A stretch of 64,000 bases of DNA. Source: an uncultured Actinomycetota bacterium. Lineage in GTDB: Bacteria > Actinomycetota > Actinomycetes > Mycobacteriales > Micromonosporaceae. Shown here in pieces: positions 21,574 to 33,478 of the stretch; position 1 is the first letter of the stretch; every line of letters begins with the position of its first letter. A program made the position numbers and the translations under genes. Where the stretch lies: contig CAVTPU010000004.1 in the NCBI GenBank assembly GCA_963736695.1, positions 2,139,961-2,203,960 of the forward strand. The letters are read 5' to 3'. Under the pieces are notes generated by a model that had not been told where the DNA came from, made no database searches, and saw only the letters and a program-made list of their open reading frames with translations.

Positions 21574-22608
21574 ATGCGGGCCCGGCTCTCCGATATCGCG
21601 GCACAGGCCGATGTCAGCGAGGCCACTGTGTCGCGTGTGCTCAATGATCGCCCCGGCGTCGCGACCGAGACACGCCAAGCGGTGCTCGCCGCACTCGACA
21701 TCCTCGGCTATGAACGCCCTGCTCGTCTGCGCAAACGCAGCGCCGGACTCGTCGGCTTGGTCGTGCCCGAGTTGGACAATCCGATCTTTCCGGCTTTCGC
21801 CCAGGCGATCGAGTCGGTCCTCGCTCAGCAGGGCTACACGCCAGTGTTGTGCACCCAGACCGCCGGCGGGGTGACCGAGGACGAATATGTCGAGATGCTG
21901 CTCGACCGGCAGGTCAGTGGCATCGTGTTCGTCTCCGGACTGCACGCCGACACCAGCACCGACCCCGACCGCTATCGGCGGCTCGTCACACGCAAACTGC
22001 CCGTCGTGCTGATCAACGGATTCGTGCGGGGGGTCGAGGCCCCATTCGTCTCGTGCGACGACAAGACCGCAGGCGACATGGCGGTGAGTCACCTCGCGGC
22101 GCTGGGCCACCGGCGAATCGGCTTGATCTCAGGCCCCGACAGGTTCCTCCCCGTTCAGCGCAAACTATCCGGCTATCGGACCGCCATGACCCGACTCTTC
22201 CATCTCGACGCCGCCACGCTCGACACGCTCGTCGAGTTGACCCTCTTCGGGGTCGAGGGCGGCGCCGCAGCGGCGGGCCGGTTGCTCGAACGCGGCGTCA
22301 CTGGCATCGTGTGCGGGTCTGACCTCATGGCGTTGGGTGCCATCAGGGAAGCCCGTGCTCGAGGTTTCGCGGTGCCGGAAGACATCTCGGTGGTGGGTTA
22401 TGACGACTCCCCGCTCATTGCCTTCACCGACCCGCCGCTGAGCACTGTCCGTCAGCCGGTCACCGCCATGGCTGCCGCAGCGGTTCGTGCCCTGGTCGAC
22501 GAGGTCAACGGACAAGCGGCACCGCACTCGGAATATGTGTTCCGCCCTGAGTTGGTCATGCGTGGGTCGACCGCGGCCGCACCAGCCGCCGCGCGTACCG
22601 CAGCCTGA
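21574..22608 (+). CDS. LacI-family transcriptional regulator (MalR-like)
   Basis: MRARLSDIAAQADVSEATVSRVLND... The track ORF starts at 21517, but the HTH alignment favours the ATG at 21574. Confidence 0.88.
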   Translation: MRARLSDIAAQADVSEATVSRVLNDRPGVATETRQAVLAALDILGYERPARLRKRSAGLVGLVVPELDNPIFPAFAQAIESVLAQQGYTPVLCTQTAGGVTEDEYVEMLLDRQVSGIVFVSGLHADTSTDPDRYRRLVTRKLPVVLINGFVRGVEAPFVSCDDKTAGDMAVSHLAALGHRRIGLISGPDRFLPVQRKLSGYRTAMTRLFHLDAATLDTLVELTLFGVEGGAAAAGRLLERGVTGIVCGSDLMALGAIREARARGFAVPEDISVVGYDDSPLIAFTDPPLSTVRQPVTAMAAAAVRALVDEVNGQAAPHSEYVFRPELVMRGSTAAAPAAARTAA

Positions 22609-22683
22609 CCGGAGACTTTTCGACCACACCGACCGTTGCGCGCCACCCAGTCGCATGCGCCGGGCCGACGATTTGAGCGGCCC

Positions 22684-22739
22684 ATCGAGCCGGGCGGACG
22701 TGTCGGACACCTTGTCGATGTCGAACCGCCCGGCTCGAT
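22684..22739. terminator. Hairpin between convergent genes with 14-bp perfect arms (possible bidirectional terminator)
   Basis: atcgagccgggcgg (22684-97) pairs with ccgcccggctcgat (22726-39). The loop is 28 nt and there is no U-tract. Confidence 0.35.
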
Positions 22740-22747
22740 CCGCCGGT

Positions 22748-23206
22748 TCAGGATCCGGTGGAGAGTTTCGCTCCGATGCGGGCGAAGCCGGCGCGGATCT
22801 CCTCGGGCGAGGGCGGCGCGGTCGGCTCGACCTCTTCATATTCCGCTTCCTCGTCGTCGCCATCGTGGTCGTGGAACTCATCGTCCACGGAGACCTCGAG
22901 GTCTTCGGCCACGATCATGTCGGTCTCGTCCTCGTCCTCGTCGGAGGCGGCCGCGACCCGAGCAGAGGCGATCTCGTTCTTGATCTCGTCGACTGAGGAG
23001 TGTGGCAGCAGCGGCTCCACGACCGCCATGAGTTCTTCGTCCGCCACGACCGTCTCGGCCAACGCGAGCGCGTGGTCTCGCTCATATGGCCCGCAGACCA
23101 CGGGCTCCCACTCCTCAGCGTCGTCGAGTGGGCCAAATGTGATGATCCAAGGCAGCGACAAAACCGGCGAATCGTCCGGCAGGTCGAGGGTTACGAGGGC
23201 TCCCAC
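22748..23206 (-). CDS. Acidic hypothetical protein (Asp/Glu-rich C-terminal half)
   Basis: The preferred start is the GTG at 23206 (VGALVTLDLPDD...) with a GAAAGG upstream. The tail is ...DEDEDETDMIVAEDLEVSVDDEFHDHDGDDEEAEYEEVE... Confidence 0.55.
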   Translation of the reverse strand: MGALVTLDLPDDSPVLSLPWIITFGPLDDAEEWEPVVCGPYERDHALALAETVVADEELMAVVEPLLPHSSVDEIKNEIASARVAAASDEDEDETDMIVAEDLEVSVDDEFHDHDGDDEEAEYEEVEPTAPPSPEEIRAGFARIGAKLSTGS

Positions 23207-23290
23207 GTGCGTACCTTTCAGTTGAATGTCGTCATTCGACGGTTGTCGACCGATCCGGCGTGACGCCGACCGGCCCACTCACGGCGCCCA

Positions 23291-24265
23291 TCATGGCTGC
23301 TCGGGCAGCCCACCCGCACGAGGCTCGCCGGAGTTGTCCACAGGGCTGGTGCGATCACCATCACGGTCGGCGTGGTCTCGCCACACCGGCCGGACGGCAA
23401 GATCGGTCATGCGGCCCGAGGAGTCGGTCGCGGCGAGTGCCGCACCGAAGAGAATTAGCTGATTAAGTAGGTACAAATAGACCAGTAACCCTACGGCGGT
23501 CGCCACCGCCTGGTAGGCGGGGCGCTCCTCGACCCGGACGATATACCACCGGCCGGCGCCGTTGAGCAACGCTATCCCCACAGCGATGACGAGCACTGGC
23601 GCCGCGAGCCGGCGCATAGCGACGTGCAGTCGGGCGACAGCGGTGAGCACGGCGGCGGCGAGCACCCCGTTGACCGCGAGCTCGAGCACCCCACCGGTGA
23701 TCCGCGAAACGATCCGACTCACTCCGGTGCTCGCCGGATCGGCGATCCAGCCGACGACCGCGTCGGCGACCGAGACCATCGCCAGCGACAGTCCGAGCAG
23801 CACCCCGAGCCCGACCAGCATGCCGAGATCGACCAGACGGAGTATCAGCCAGTTGCCGGGATGCTGATCGAGCATCCAGACGGCCCGCTGCGACGACCGC
23901 AGCGCCTCGACCCATCCCACGCCAGCGAGCACCAGCACCACCAAGCCGACCGCGGTCACCTCGCCACCGGCCTCTTGCGCGACGCTGGTCACCCACGGCA
24001 GGGTGTTGTTGAGATAGGTGGTGATCGCACCGGCTATGGCGTGCTCGGGCTCGCCGGGGAAGCGTGCCGCGAGCGAATAGACGACCACCGCGAGCGCAAA
24101 CGCCGCGAAGAAACCGTAGTAGGAGATCGCCGCCGCGAGCCGTCCGCCGAGCACCTCGATGAACCGATCAACCGCACTCCACACGTGGTCGACCATCGAA
24201 GATCGTTTGCGCGTCTCGGTCAAGCGGCGATCGACTTCGGCGATCACTCGACCAATGAAGGTCAT
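23291..24265 (-). CDS. YihY/BrkB-family membrane protein
   Basis: 324-aa polytopic ORF with ...LGGRLAAAISYYGFFAAFALAVV.... Confidence 0.75.
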   Translation of the reverse strand: MTFIGRVIAEVDRRLTETRKRSSMVDHVWSAVDRFIEVLGGRLAAAISYYGFFAAFALAVVVYSLAARFPGEPEHAIAGAITTYLNNTLPWVTSVAQEAGGEVTAVGLVVLVLAGVGWVEALRSSQRAVWMLDQHPGNWLILRLVDLGMLVGLGVLLGLSLAMVSVADAVVGWIADPASTGVSRIVSRITGGVLELAVNGVLAAAVLTAVARLHVAMRRLAAPVLVIAVGIALLNGAGRWYIVRVEERPAYQAVATAVGLLVYLYLLNQLILFGAALAATDSSGRMTDLAVRPVWRDHADRDGDRTSPVDNSGEPRAGGLPEQP

Positions 24266-24810
24266 TGAGCCGCCTTCACGCCGCTATGCCCGTTATCAAA
24301 TACAAAGTGGCGCAAAGGGCGCCAATGCCCATCGGAGCCATGCTGATAGAGCGTGAACATATTCACACGCCACTGCGCCGTAAATCCAGATAGTTCCGCA
24401 AATGCCCGGTCCAGCGCCGTGTCGTCGATGTCGTGGGCGATCGTGACATGCGGGTGATAGGGGAAGGCGAGTTCGGTTGCGAGCGGACCGGATCGGATGT
24501 CGTCGGCAAGCTGCACGCACTCCTGCGAGCCAGCCGCGACGGCGACGAAGACCACGCGGGTGACAGGGCGAAACGTGCCCGTTCCTCGCAGCATGATGTC
24601 GAATGGGCGGTGTGTCCGCGCCACCACGTCGAGGTGGCGCTCGACCTCCGTCAACCGCTCCGGCTCGGACTCGATGATCATCGGCCCGAGCAGAGTCAGG
24701 TGGGCGGGGATGAACTCGGCCATCGGATCACCCACCGCGGCTCGGCGCGCGTCCAGACGCGAACCCCACGGCTCCGGCACCCCGATGGCGACGCCGATCG
24801 TGCGGACCAC
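24262..24810 (-). CDS. 2H phosphoesterase / 2'-5' RNA ligase-like protein
   Basis: Two HxT/S motifs (PAHLTLLGP and HPHVTIAHD). It overlaps the downstream gene by 4 nt. Confidence 0.75.
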   Translation of the reverse strand: MVRTIGVAIGVPEPWGSRLDARRAAVGDPMAEFIPAHLTLLGPMIIESEPERLTEVERHLDVVARTHRPFDIMLRGTGTFRPVTRVVFVAVAAGSQECVQLADDIRSGPLATELAFPYHPHVTIAHDIDDTALDRAFAELSGFTAQWRVNMFTLYQHGSDGHWRPLRHFVFDNGHSGVKAAQ

Positions 24811-24895
24811 CGATCCTCCTCATCACGCCCCGTGCTGACACGTCGAAACATCGTCGCCGCAGCGCCCGGGGCGTGTCCGTGCATCCACCCGCCGG

Positions 24896-27018
<2,123 letters not shown>

Positions 27019-27106
27019 GCGCAGATTCTACGGTCGGGGTAGGCAGGTGGCGACTGGATCTATCCGCGCCGACCCCGCGACCCCTGCGACCCCGCGACCC
27101 CCTGCG

Positions 27107-27134
27107 GCGATCATGCCAACTAGCTCATGATCGC
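27107..27134. repeat. 9-bp-arm hairpin gcgatcatg-N10-catgatcgc between the pth stop and the CBS-gene start, preceded by four gcgacccc repeats
   Basis: Arms at 27107-15 and 27126-34, loop ccaactagct. The short direct repeats lie at 27071-27103. Confidence 0.5.
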
Positions 27135-27149
27135 GGGGAAAAGGTGGGG

Positions 27150-27728
27150 TCAGCCGCCGTGATAGGCGTTCTGTGCCCATTCCAGCCCATGGGTCATGAT
27201 CGCCTCGACCATGTCCGCGCTGCGGTCGACGAGATAGTCCAGATCCGCGCGTTGCGCGGCGGGGAAGTCGGATAGGACGAAGTCGGCCGCGTCCTGCCGG
27301 CCGGGCGGACGCCCGATGCCGAATCTGACCCGGTGATAGTCGCGTGTGGAGAGTGAGGCGGTGAGGGAACGAAGCCCGTTGTGCCCGCCCTCACCGCCAC
27401 CGAACTTGGCCCGCACCTGGCCAAAGTCGAGATCCAGCTCGTCGTGTACGGCGATCACCCGCTCCGGCGCGATCTTGTAGAAGTTCGCGAGCCCGGAGAC
27501 CGCCGCTCCCGACCTGTTCATAAAGGTCAGCGGCTTGACGATGAGCAACTGCGGGGCGTCGATTCCGACGCCGAGCCGAGCCGTTCCGGCGTCGGCGACC
27601 GCCCGCCCGTGACGCCGGAGAGTCACGTTCGTTCGGCGGGCGAGGAGATCGGCGACGAGAAAGCCGACATTGTGCCGGTTACCAGCATATTCGCGGCCGG
27701 GGTTACCGAGTCCGACGACCAGCCACAT
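27150..27728 (-). CDS. pth: Peptidyl-tRNA hydrolase
   Basis: MWLVVGLGNPGREYAGNRHNVGF...HNGLRS... Confidence 0.93.
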   Translation of the reverse strand: MWLVVGLGNPGREYAGNRHNVGFLVADLLARRTNVTLRRHGRAVADAGTARLGVGIDAPQLLIVKPLTFMNRSGAAVSGLANFYKIAPERVIAVHDELDLDFGQVRAKFGGGEGGHNGLRSLTASLSTRDYHRVRFGIGRPPGRQDAADFVLSDFPAAQRADLDYLVDRSADMVEAIMTHGLEWAQNAYHGG

Positions 27729-27824
27729 ACCGCCTCCGTGATCGGGCCGGTGGGCAGACGGCCGGGCGCGATGGCCGTGCGGGTGTCACCCGCAGCCACG
27801 GCGCCCGGATCCGCCGGAGAGTGA

Positions 27825-28433
27825 TTAGGCGACGCTCTCGGCCGGTTCGGCGGCCTCGACCGGAGCGGGGGCGCCGAGCTGCTCCGCACTGGGCGACTGC
27901 GAGACAACCGCGACAATCACGTCGGCGGCGGTGGCGAGGGTCACGCCATCGGGCAGTGCCGCGTCACCGGCGGTGACGTGGGAGCCCGACTCCAAGCCCT
28001 CAACGGAGATCTCGACGTGCTCGGGCAGACGCAGCGCGTCGGCGTTGAGAGAGAGCGTGTCGTGCTCGATGACGACCAGGGTGCCGCGGGCCGGCTCACC
28101 GGTCAGCGTCACCGGAACGTCGACGGTGACGAGCTCGCCCCGGGCGACGATGAGCAGGTCGACGTGCTCGAAGGTGTCTTTGATCGGATCGCGCTGAATG
28201 GCTTTCGGCAGAGCGAGGGTGCTCGTGCCATCGGAGATCTCGATGTCGAAGACCTGGGTCATGCCACCGTGACGGATCGCGGCGGCGAGTTCCCGGGCGG
28301 GAAGGGAGATGTGCTTGGGCGCTTCGCCGTGACCATAGAGCACGGCCGGCACCCTTCCGGCACGACGCGTCCGGCGGGCACCACCCTTACCGAACTCGGT
28401 GCGTGGTTCAGCGCTGATCTTTACCTCGGACAC
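27825..28433 (-). CDS. rplY: 50S ribosomal protein L25 / general stress protein Ctc
   Basis: MSEVKISAEPRTEFGKGGARRTRRAGRVPAVLYGHGE... Confidence 0.92.
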   Translation of the reverse strand: MSEVKISAEPRTEFGKGGARRTRRAGRVPAVLYGHGEAPKHISLPARELAAAIRHGGMTQVFDIEISDGTSTLALPKAIQRDPIKDTFEHVDLLIVARGELVTVDVPVTLTGEPARGTLVVIEHDTLSLNADALRLPEHVEISVEGLESGSHVTAGDAALPDGVTLATAADVIVAVVSQSPSAEQLGAPAPVEAAEPAESVA

Positions 28434-28647
28434 GGCAGTACTCCTGAGAATGTGGTCTGGTGCGAACGTCTATGTGCCAGCATGCGGCTCTGCGGTGCGC
28501 GGGCGAGGGTGCATGGACGTTGGCCCACCGCACCGCGTCGATCACGGCACCCGAACACGTGCGGATTTCCGCGCGGACGGTGCCCTCGCCGTGGCAACCG
28601 CGTCAGTGTACCGGAGCCGAAGGGGACCTTCGCGGCCTCCCCGAGGC

Positions 28648-28806
28648 TCACCGAACGGCCCGGATTATGTGTCGCCACGGCCGCCAACCGCGGCGGTCCC
28701 GGCGGAACTGGGGACAGGCGGCTGCGCCGCAGAGGGCGCAGTCTGCCCCCCGCCGATAGTGATCATGGGCGCCGCGGTCGTGGCCGCAGCGACATGTCGC
28801 CGCCAT
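28648..28806 (-). CDS. Small (52 aa) Cys/His-rich putative metal-binding protein
   Basis: The ATG at 28806 has GAAGGAG 8 nt upstream. Peptide: MAATCRCGHDRGAHDHYRRGADCALCGAAACPQFRRDRRGWRPWRHIIRAVR. It is divergent from the GT operon. The longer 109-aa track ORF has an implausible N-terminus. Confidence 0.5.
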   Translation of the reverse strand: MAATCRCGHDRGAHDHYRRGADCALCGAAACPQFRRDRRGWRPWRHIIRAVR

Positions 28807-29026
28807 CGCATTGACTCCTTCGCTCGAAGTCACTCTACGTAGCACCGCCTTTACAAACTGTCGAATCGGCTGGGAGAGTGACCGCAGACACCCCCCAATC
28901 CGGCCCCACATATGCGGATATTGCCGATTTGCCTGCCTACGCTGGAGGCTCCCACCGGGCGGTCCCCTTCGGGTCACAACGCTGTGCCGAACGCGCCGTC
29001 ACCCCCCTGGCGTGGAAGGTCCTGCG

Positions 29027-29905
29027 ATGACCACCTCGATCGCGAACATCCGGATGCCCTCGACGATGCGCACCACCGCGTCGACGCCGGCTCCGACCCT
29101 GCCCGTGATGTCCAACTCTCCCAGCGTCAGCATCGTCGTGCCGGCCCTCAACGAGGAACGCAATCTTCGCGAGGTCCTGCCGGCGCTGCCCGCCGACGCG
29201 GAGATCATCTTGGTCGACGGTGGGTCGATTGACGGCACCGTCGAGATCACCCGACAACTGCGCCCATCCGCCACAATCGTGCAACAGACCCGTACGGGCA
29301 AAGGCAATGCGCTGGCGTGCGGTTTCGCGGCCAGCACGGGTGAGATCATCGTCATGCTCGACGCGGACGGCTCGACCGATCCCGCCGAGATCCCGCGTTT
29401 CGTCGACGCGGTGCGCGCCGGGGCCGATTTCGCCAAGGGGTCACGTTTCCGCCACGGCGGCGACAGTCACGACATCACGCCCCTACGTCGCCTCGGCAAC
29501 CTCGGCCTTAACCAGATGGTCAATGTCCTCTTCGGGACCCGTTTCACCGACCTGTGCTACGGCTACAACGCGTTTCACCGATCGGTCCTCGCCGACCTCC
29601 ACCTGCCCTCGCCAGACCTGCCGGCGCCAAGCCGTTCCGACGGGCCCGCCCGCCGCGCGCGATTGGCCGGCGCGATCGGGCTCACCCGAAACCGACGGGC
29701 CAACCAGGGCCGGCACTGGGGAGACGGATTCGAGATCGAGACGCTGATGAACATCCGGGTGGCCGCGGCCGGCCGACGCATCAGCGAGGTCCCGAGCATC
29801 GAGGCGCCCCGAATGCACGGCACGAGCAACCTCAACACGTTCCGGGACGGAATGCGGGTGCTGCGCACCATCGTTCACGAGTTCGCGACCCGGCGGCGCC
29901 GATGA
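29027..29905 (+). CDS. GT2 glycosyltransferase, polyprenyl-phosphate sugar synthase-like (DPM1/GtrB-like)
   Basis: The start at 29027 has GGAAGG upstream. ...SIVVPALNEERNL...IILVDGGSIDGT...MLDADGSTDP...AKGSRF... Confidence 0.8.
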   Translation: MTTSIANIRMPSTMRTTASTPAPTLPVMSNSPSVSIVVPALNEERNLREVLPALPADAEIILVDGGSIDGTVEITRQLRPSATIVQQTRTGKGNALACGFAASTGEIIVMLDADGSTDPAEIPRFVDAVRAGADFAKGSRFRHGGDSHDITPLRRLGNLGLNQMVNVLFGTRFTDLCYGYNAFHRSVLADLHLPSPDLPAPSRSDGPARRARLAGAIGLTRNRRANQGRHWGDGFEIETLMNIRVAAAGRRISEVPSIEAPRMHGTSNLNTFRDGMRVLRTIVHEFATRRRR

Positions 29906-30870
29906 CGGCCGCCGAGACGACACCGGTGACGGTGGTCATCCCCAGCCACAGCGAGCGGCGTTGGTCGTTGCTGGTCGAGACGGTCGATTCAGTGCTCAAC
30001 CAGCGGCCACGTCCGGAACAGGTCATCGTGGTGACCGACCACAACGACGCCCTCGCCGATCGCGTCCGCAGCGAGCTGCCGATGGTCACCCTGCTGCGCA
30101 ACGAGTCCACGCGCGGGGTCTCCGGCACACGCAACACCGGCGCCCGGCACGCCACCACCGACCTCATCGCGTTCGTCGACGACGACATCATTGTGCGACC
30201 CGGCTGGCTGGCTGGCATGATCGCCCCGTTCAGCGACCCCTTGGTGGTCGGCACCGGTGGCGCGATCCAACCGGTGTGGACAACGCACCCCCGCTGGGTG
30301 CCCGACGAGTTCCTCTGGGCCTATGGCGCGTCATATCCGGGCCTGCCGACGACGCCCGCCCCGGTGCGCAACGTCTGGTCGGCGAGCATGGTGGTGCGGC
30401 GCGAGGTCTTCGCCGCCGTCGACGGGTTCCGGGAGGGCTTCGGCAAGGTCGGCCGGCGCTCCAGTCCCGAGGACACCGACCTCTGCCTGCGCATGGCCGA
30501 AGCCGGGCACGGGCGCTGGATATATCTGCCGGACGCCGTCGTCGGGCATCGGGTCGAACCCGACCGGTCCACGGTGCGCTATTTCCTCACCCGCTGCTAT
30601 CACGAGGGCCGGGGAAAGGTCGAGCTCGCCCGGTTGATCGGTGATCGCGGCACGCTCGGCACCGAGAGCGACTATCTGCGGCGCACCGTGCCGCGAGCGT
30701 TGCGCCGATCGGTCGCGGGAGCGATCAGCGGCCGCGACCGCAACGGCGCCGCGAGGTCCGCGGCGATCGTCGCCGGGATCGCCGCCGCCGGATGGGGAGC
30801 GGCGGCCGAGACGGTCGTCGCGATGACTACCAAGAATTTCGGGGTGACATCGACGAAGGAGGCTCGATGA
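29902..30870 (+). CDS. GT2 glycosyltransferase
   Basis: ATGA start/stop overlap at 29902-29905. ...VTVVIPSHSE...VIVVTDHND...AFVDDDII... Confidence 0.8.
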   Translation: MTAAETTPVTVVIPSHSERRWSLLVETVDSVLNQRPRPEQVIVVTDHNDALADRVRSELPMVTLLRNESTRGVSGTRNTGARHATTDLIAFVDDDIIVRPGWLAGMIAPFSDPLVVGTGGAIQPVWTTHPRWVPDEFLWAYGASYPGLPTTPAPVRNVWSASMVVRREVFAAVDGFREGFGKVGRRSSPEDTDLCLRMAEAGHGRWIYLPDAVVGHRVEPDRSTVRYFLTRCYHEGRGKVELARLIGDRGTLGTESDYLRRTVPRALRRSVAGAISGRDRNGAARSAAIVAGIAAAGWGAAAETVVAMTTKNFGVTSTKEAR

Positions 30871-32198
30871 ACGACACCGTGACGACGGGGCGCGGCCCCG
30901 CCCTGCTACTCGACATCGACGTCGCCGAGCCGATCCCGGCCATCACCGCCCGCGACGTCGCCGGAGCGGGCCAAGCACACGTGCTCGTCCGCCGAGACAC
31001 CCAGCCCCTCGGGCTCGTCGTGATCGACCTTCCCGAGGCGGGGCTGTCCGCCGCGGCCTTGTCCGCCGCGATAAACCCGACGACGCGTACGGGCACCGAG
31101 CCCGCGAGCCTCGACGAGCCATCCGGCTATCTCGCCCGACGAGGCGAAGTGCTGCGAGACGCACCGCCGATCACGGTCGTGATCTGCACCCGGGATCGGG
31201 CGGAGTCACTGCGGGCCAGCGTCGACAGCGTGCTCGCGCAGGCGTACCCACGGTTTCGGATTTTGATCGTCGACAACGCGCCCAGCGACGCCTCGACCCG
31301 GGCCTTCGCCCAGGACGCGGCGGAGCGGTCCGGTCTCGTCGACTATTTGGTCGAACCACGGCCCGGTCTGTCGCGCGCGCGCAACGCGGCGATCGACGCC
31401 GTCGGGGACCCGATCCTCGCCTTCCTCGACGACGACGCGGTCGCCGACCCGCACTGGCTTGCCGAGATCGCCCGGGCCTTCGCCGACGTGCCCGAAGCCG
31501 ACGCGGTGAGCGGCCCGATCCTGCCCGCCGCGATCGCGACACCCGCGCAGGTCTGGTTCGAGCAATACGGCGGCCACACCAAGGGTCGCGGATTCACCCG
31601 CGCCGTCATCGGTCCGGCCACCGCACGCGAGCAGAACCCGCTCTATCCACTGCCCCCGGTCGGCGCTGGCGGCAACATGGCGTTTCGCCGGCGGGTCTTC
31701 GACCGCATCGGCGGCTTCGACCCGGCGCTCGGCGCCGGCACGGTGGCGATGGGTTCCGAGGACACCCACATCTTCATGCGACTGCTGCGCGCCGACGGGA
31801 CCGTCGTCTATCAGCCGGGCGCCCTCGTGCGACACCACAACCGGCCGGACCTCGCCGGGCTGCGGCGACAGATGCTCGGATATGGCACCGGGCTCACCGC
31901 CGCCTACACCAGCATGGTGCTGCACGACCCCACGGTGCTGATCGGATTGCTGCGGCTGGCACCCACCGCGCTGCGTGACCTCATGTCGCGCTCCGGCCAA
32001 CGCACCGGAGGCCTTCCCGCCGACTTCCCACCGGACCTGCTCGCCACCGGCCGGCGTGGCCTGCTGCGCGGACCACTCATCTATCTGCGCTCCCGACACC
32101 GGCTGTGGCGCGACGATGCGCAAGACAGTGCGCACAACGATGCGCAGACCCGATCAGGGAGGCTGCGACGGACCCGCTCGGCGGTGGTCGCCCGATGA
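30867..32198 (+). CDS. GT2 glycosyltransferase with a roughly 110-aa N-terminal extension
   Basis: ATGA overlap at 30867-30870 with GGAGG upstream. ...ITVVICTRDRAESL...ILIVDNAPSD...AFLDDDAVA... Confidence 0.8.
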   Translation: MNDTVTTGRGPALLLDIDVAEPIPAITARDVAGAGQAHVLVRRDTQPLGLVVIDLPEAGLSAAALSAAINPTTRTGTEPASLDEPSGYLARRGEVLRDAPPITVVICTRDRAESLRASVDSVLAQAYPRFRILIVDNAPSDASTRAFAQDAAERSGLVDYLVEPRPGLSRARNAAIDAVGDPILAFLDDDAVADPHWLAEIARAFADVPEADAVSGPILPAAIATPAQVWFEQYGGHTKGRGFTRAVIGPATAREQNPLYPLPPVGAGGNMAFRRRVFDRIGGFDPALGAGTVAMGSEDTHIFMRLLRADGTVVYQPGALVRHHNRPDLAGLRRQMLGYGTGLTAAYTSMVLHDPTVLIGLLRLAPTALRDLMSRSGQRTGGLPADFPPDLLATGRRGLLRGPLIYLRSRHRLWRDDAQDSAHNDAQTRSGRLRRTRSAVVAR

Positions 32199-33478
32199 CT
32201 GTCACCCGCAACGCCACCGCATTGATGATCTCGACGGTGACGAGCGCGGCGCTGGGCTTCGGCTTCTGGGTCGCGGCCGCGCACTGGTTCGCGCCCGCCG
32301 TGGTCGGGCAAGCGGCCGCGTTCATCGCCGCCATGACTCTGCTCGCCGGCGTGTCACAACTCAATCTGGTCAGCCTCTATGCCAGGTTCCTGCCCACCGC
32401 CGGTGCCCGCACCGGCCGGCTCGTCGGCACCGGCATGGCGGCCTCGGTGGTGACCTCCGTGGTGCTCGCGACCGCCTTCCTCGCCGCGGGCGCGGGGCGC
32501 GCGTTCGTCTCCCCCGGCCTCGCCACCGTCGTCTTCGTCGTCGCGGTCATCGCCACCGGCTTGTCGTTCATCGTCGACGGGGTGCTCACCCCGCTCGGCC
32601 GGGCCCGCTGGGTGCCGGCGAAGAACATCGCCATCGCCGCCGCGAAACTCGCCCTGCTGGCAGTCCTCGCTGTCGCGTCGATCGAAGCCGCGCCGGCACT
32701 CACCGTCGCGTGGACGGTTCCGGTCGCGATCGCCGTCATCGTGCTCGGCACACACCTGGCTCGCCGGGTCGTCGCCCGTCACTCCGCCGCCACCGCGACG
32801 TTCGCCGACTCTGTCCCGCCGCGCCGGGGAGAGATCGCGTCGTTCGTCTCCGCCGAATATCTCAACGGTCTCATCGCCAACGCCGTCGCCTTCGTGCCCC
32901 CGGTCTTGGTGAGCCATCTCCTCGGGACGGCGTCGAGCGCCTATTTCTATGTGCCATGGCTGGTCGGGGTCAGCGCCACGACCCTGCTGTGGAACATCGT
33001 GACGTCCTATGTGGTCTCAGCGGCCGGCGATCCGGCAGGCGGCACAGCCGCTCATGGCGCCGGGACGCACCTGCGCCGTGCGACCCAACTCGGGTTGCTC
33101 GTCGTCGTGCCGGCAACGCTCATCCTCACCACGGCCGCCACCCCGCTGCTCACCGTGGTCGGCGCCGGCTATGCCGAGCACGGCGCGCTCGCGCTGCGGC
33201 TGATCGGCGCATCACTGCCGTTCACCGCCCTGCTGCTCGCCTATTCGGCGTTCTGCGTCATGGACAAACGCATGTGGACGGTGGTGCTCGTCGGTGGGGT
33301 CAGCACGGCGGCGTTCCTCGCCGCGTCGTGGCTGGGCCTGCCGCGGTTCGGCCTCGTCGCCCCGGCCCTGGCTTATCTGGTCACCCAGGCCGCCGCCGGG
33401 CTGGCCGTCGCGCCGGCGGTGCTCCGCCGCTATCGGGCCGTGCGGGGACTCCCGCAGCCGGTGTGGCGGTTCGCGTGA
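32195..33478 (+). CDS. Wzx-like (MOP superfamily) polysaccharide/lipid-linked sugar flippase
   Basis: ATGA overlap at 32195-32198. The 427-aa protein has about 12 hydrophobic segments. Confidence 0.65.
   Translation: MTVTRNATALMISTVTSAALGFGFWVAAAHWFAPAVVGQAAAFIAAMTLLAGVSQLNLVSLYARFLPTAGARTGRLVGTGMAASVVTSVVLATAFLAAGAGRAFVSPGLATVVFVVAVIATGLSFIVDGVLTPLGRARWVPAKNIAIAAAKLALLAVLAVASIEAAPALTVAWTVPVAIAVIVLGTHLARRVVARHSAATATFADSVPPRRGEIASFVSAEYLNGLIANAVAFVPPVLVSHLLGTASSAYFYVPWLVGVSATTLLWNIVTSYVVSAAGDPAGGTAAHGAGTHLRRATQLGLLVVVPATLILTTAATPLLTVVGAGYAEHGALALRLIGASLPFTALLLAYSAFCVMDKRMWTVVLVGGVSTAAFLAASWLGLPRFGLVAPALAYLVTQAAAGLAVAPAVLRRYRAVRGLPQPVWRFA

Noticed and set aside
31975-33474. N-terminal roughly 500 aa of the 1260-aa ORF 31975..35757
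   Set aside because: It overlaps the third GT2 and the flippase out of frame and is Arg/Gly/Pro-rich. The membrane protein starts at the GTGA overlap at 33475.
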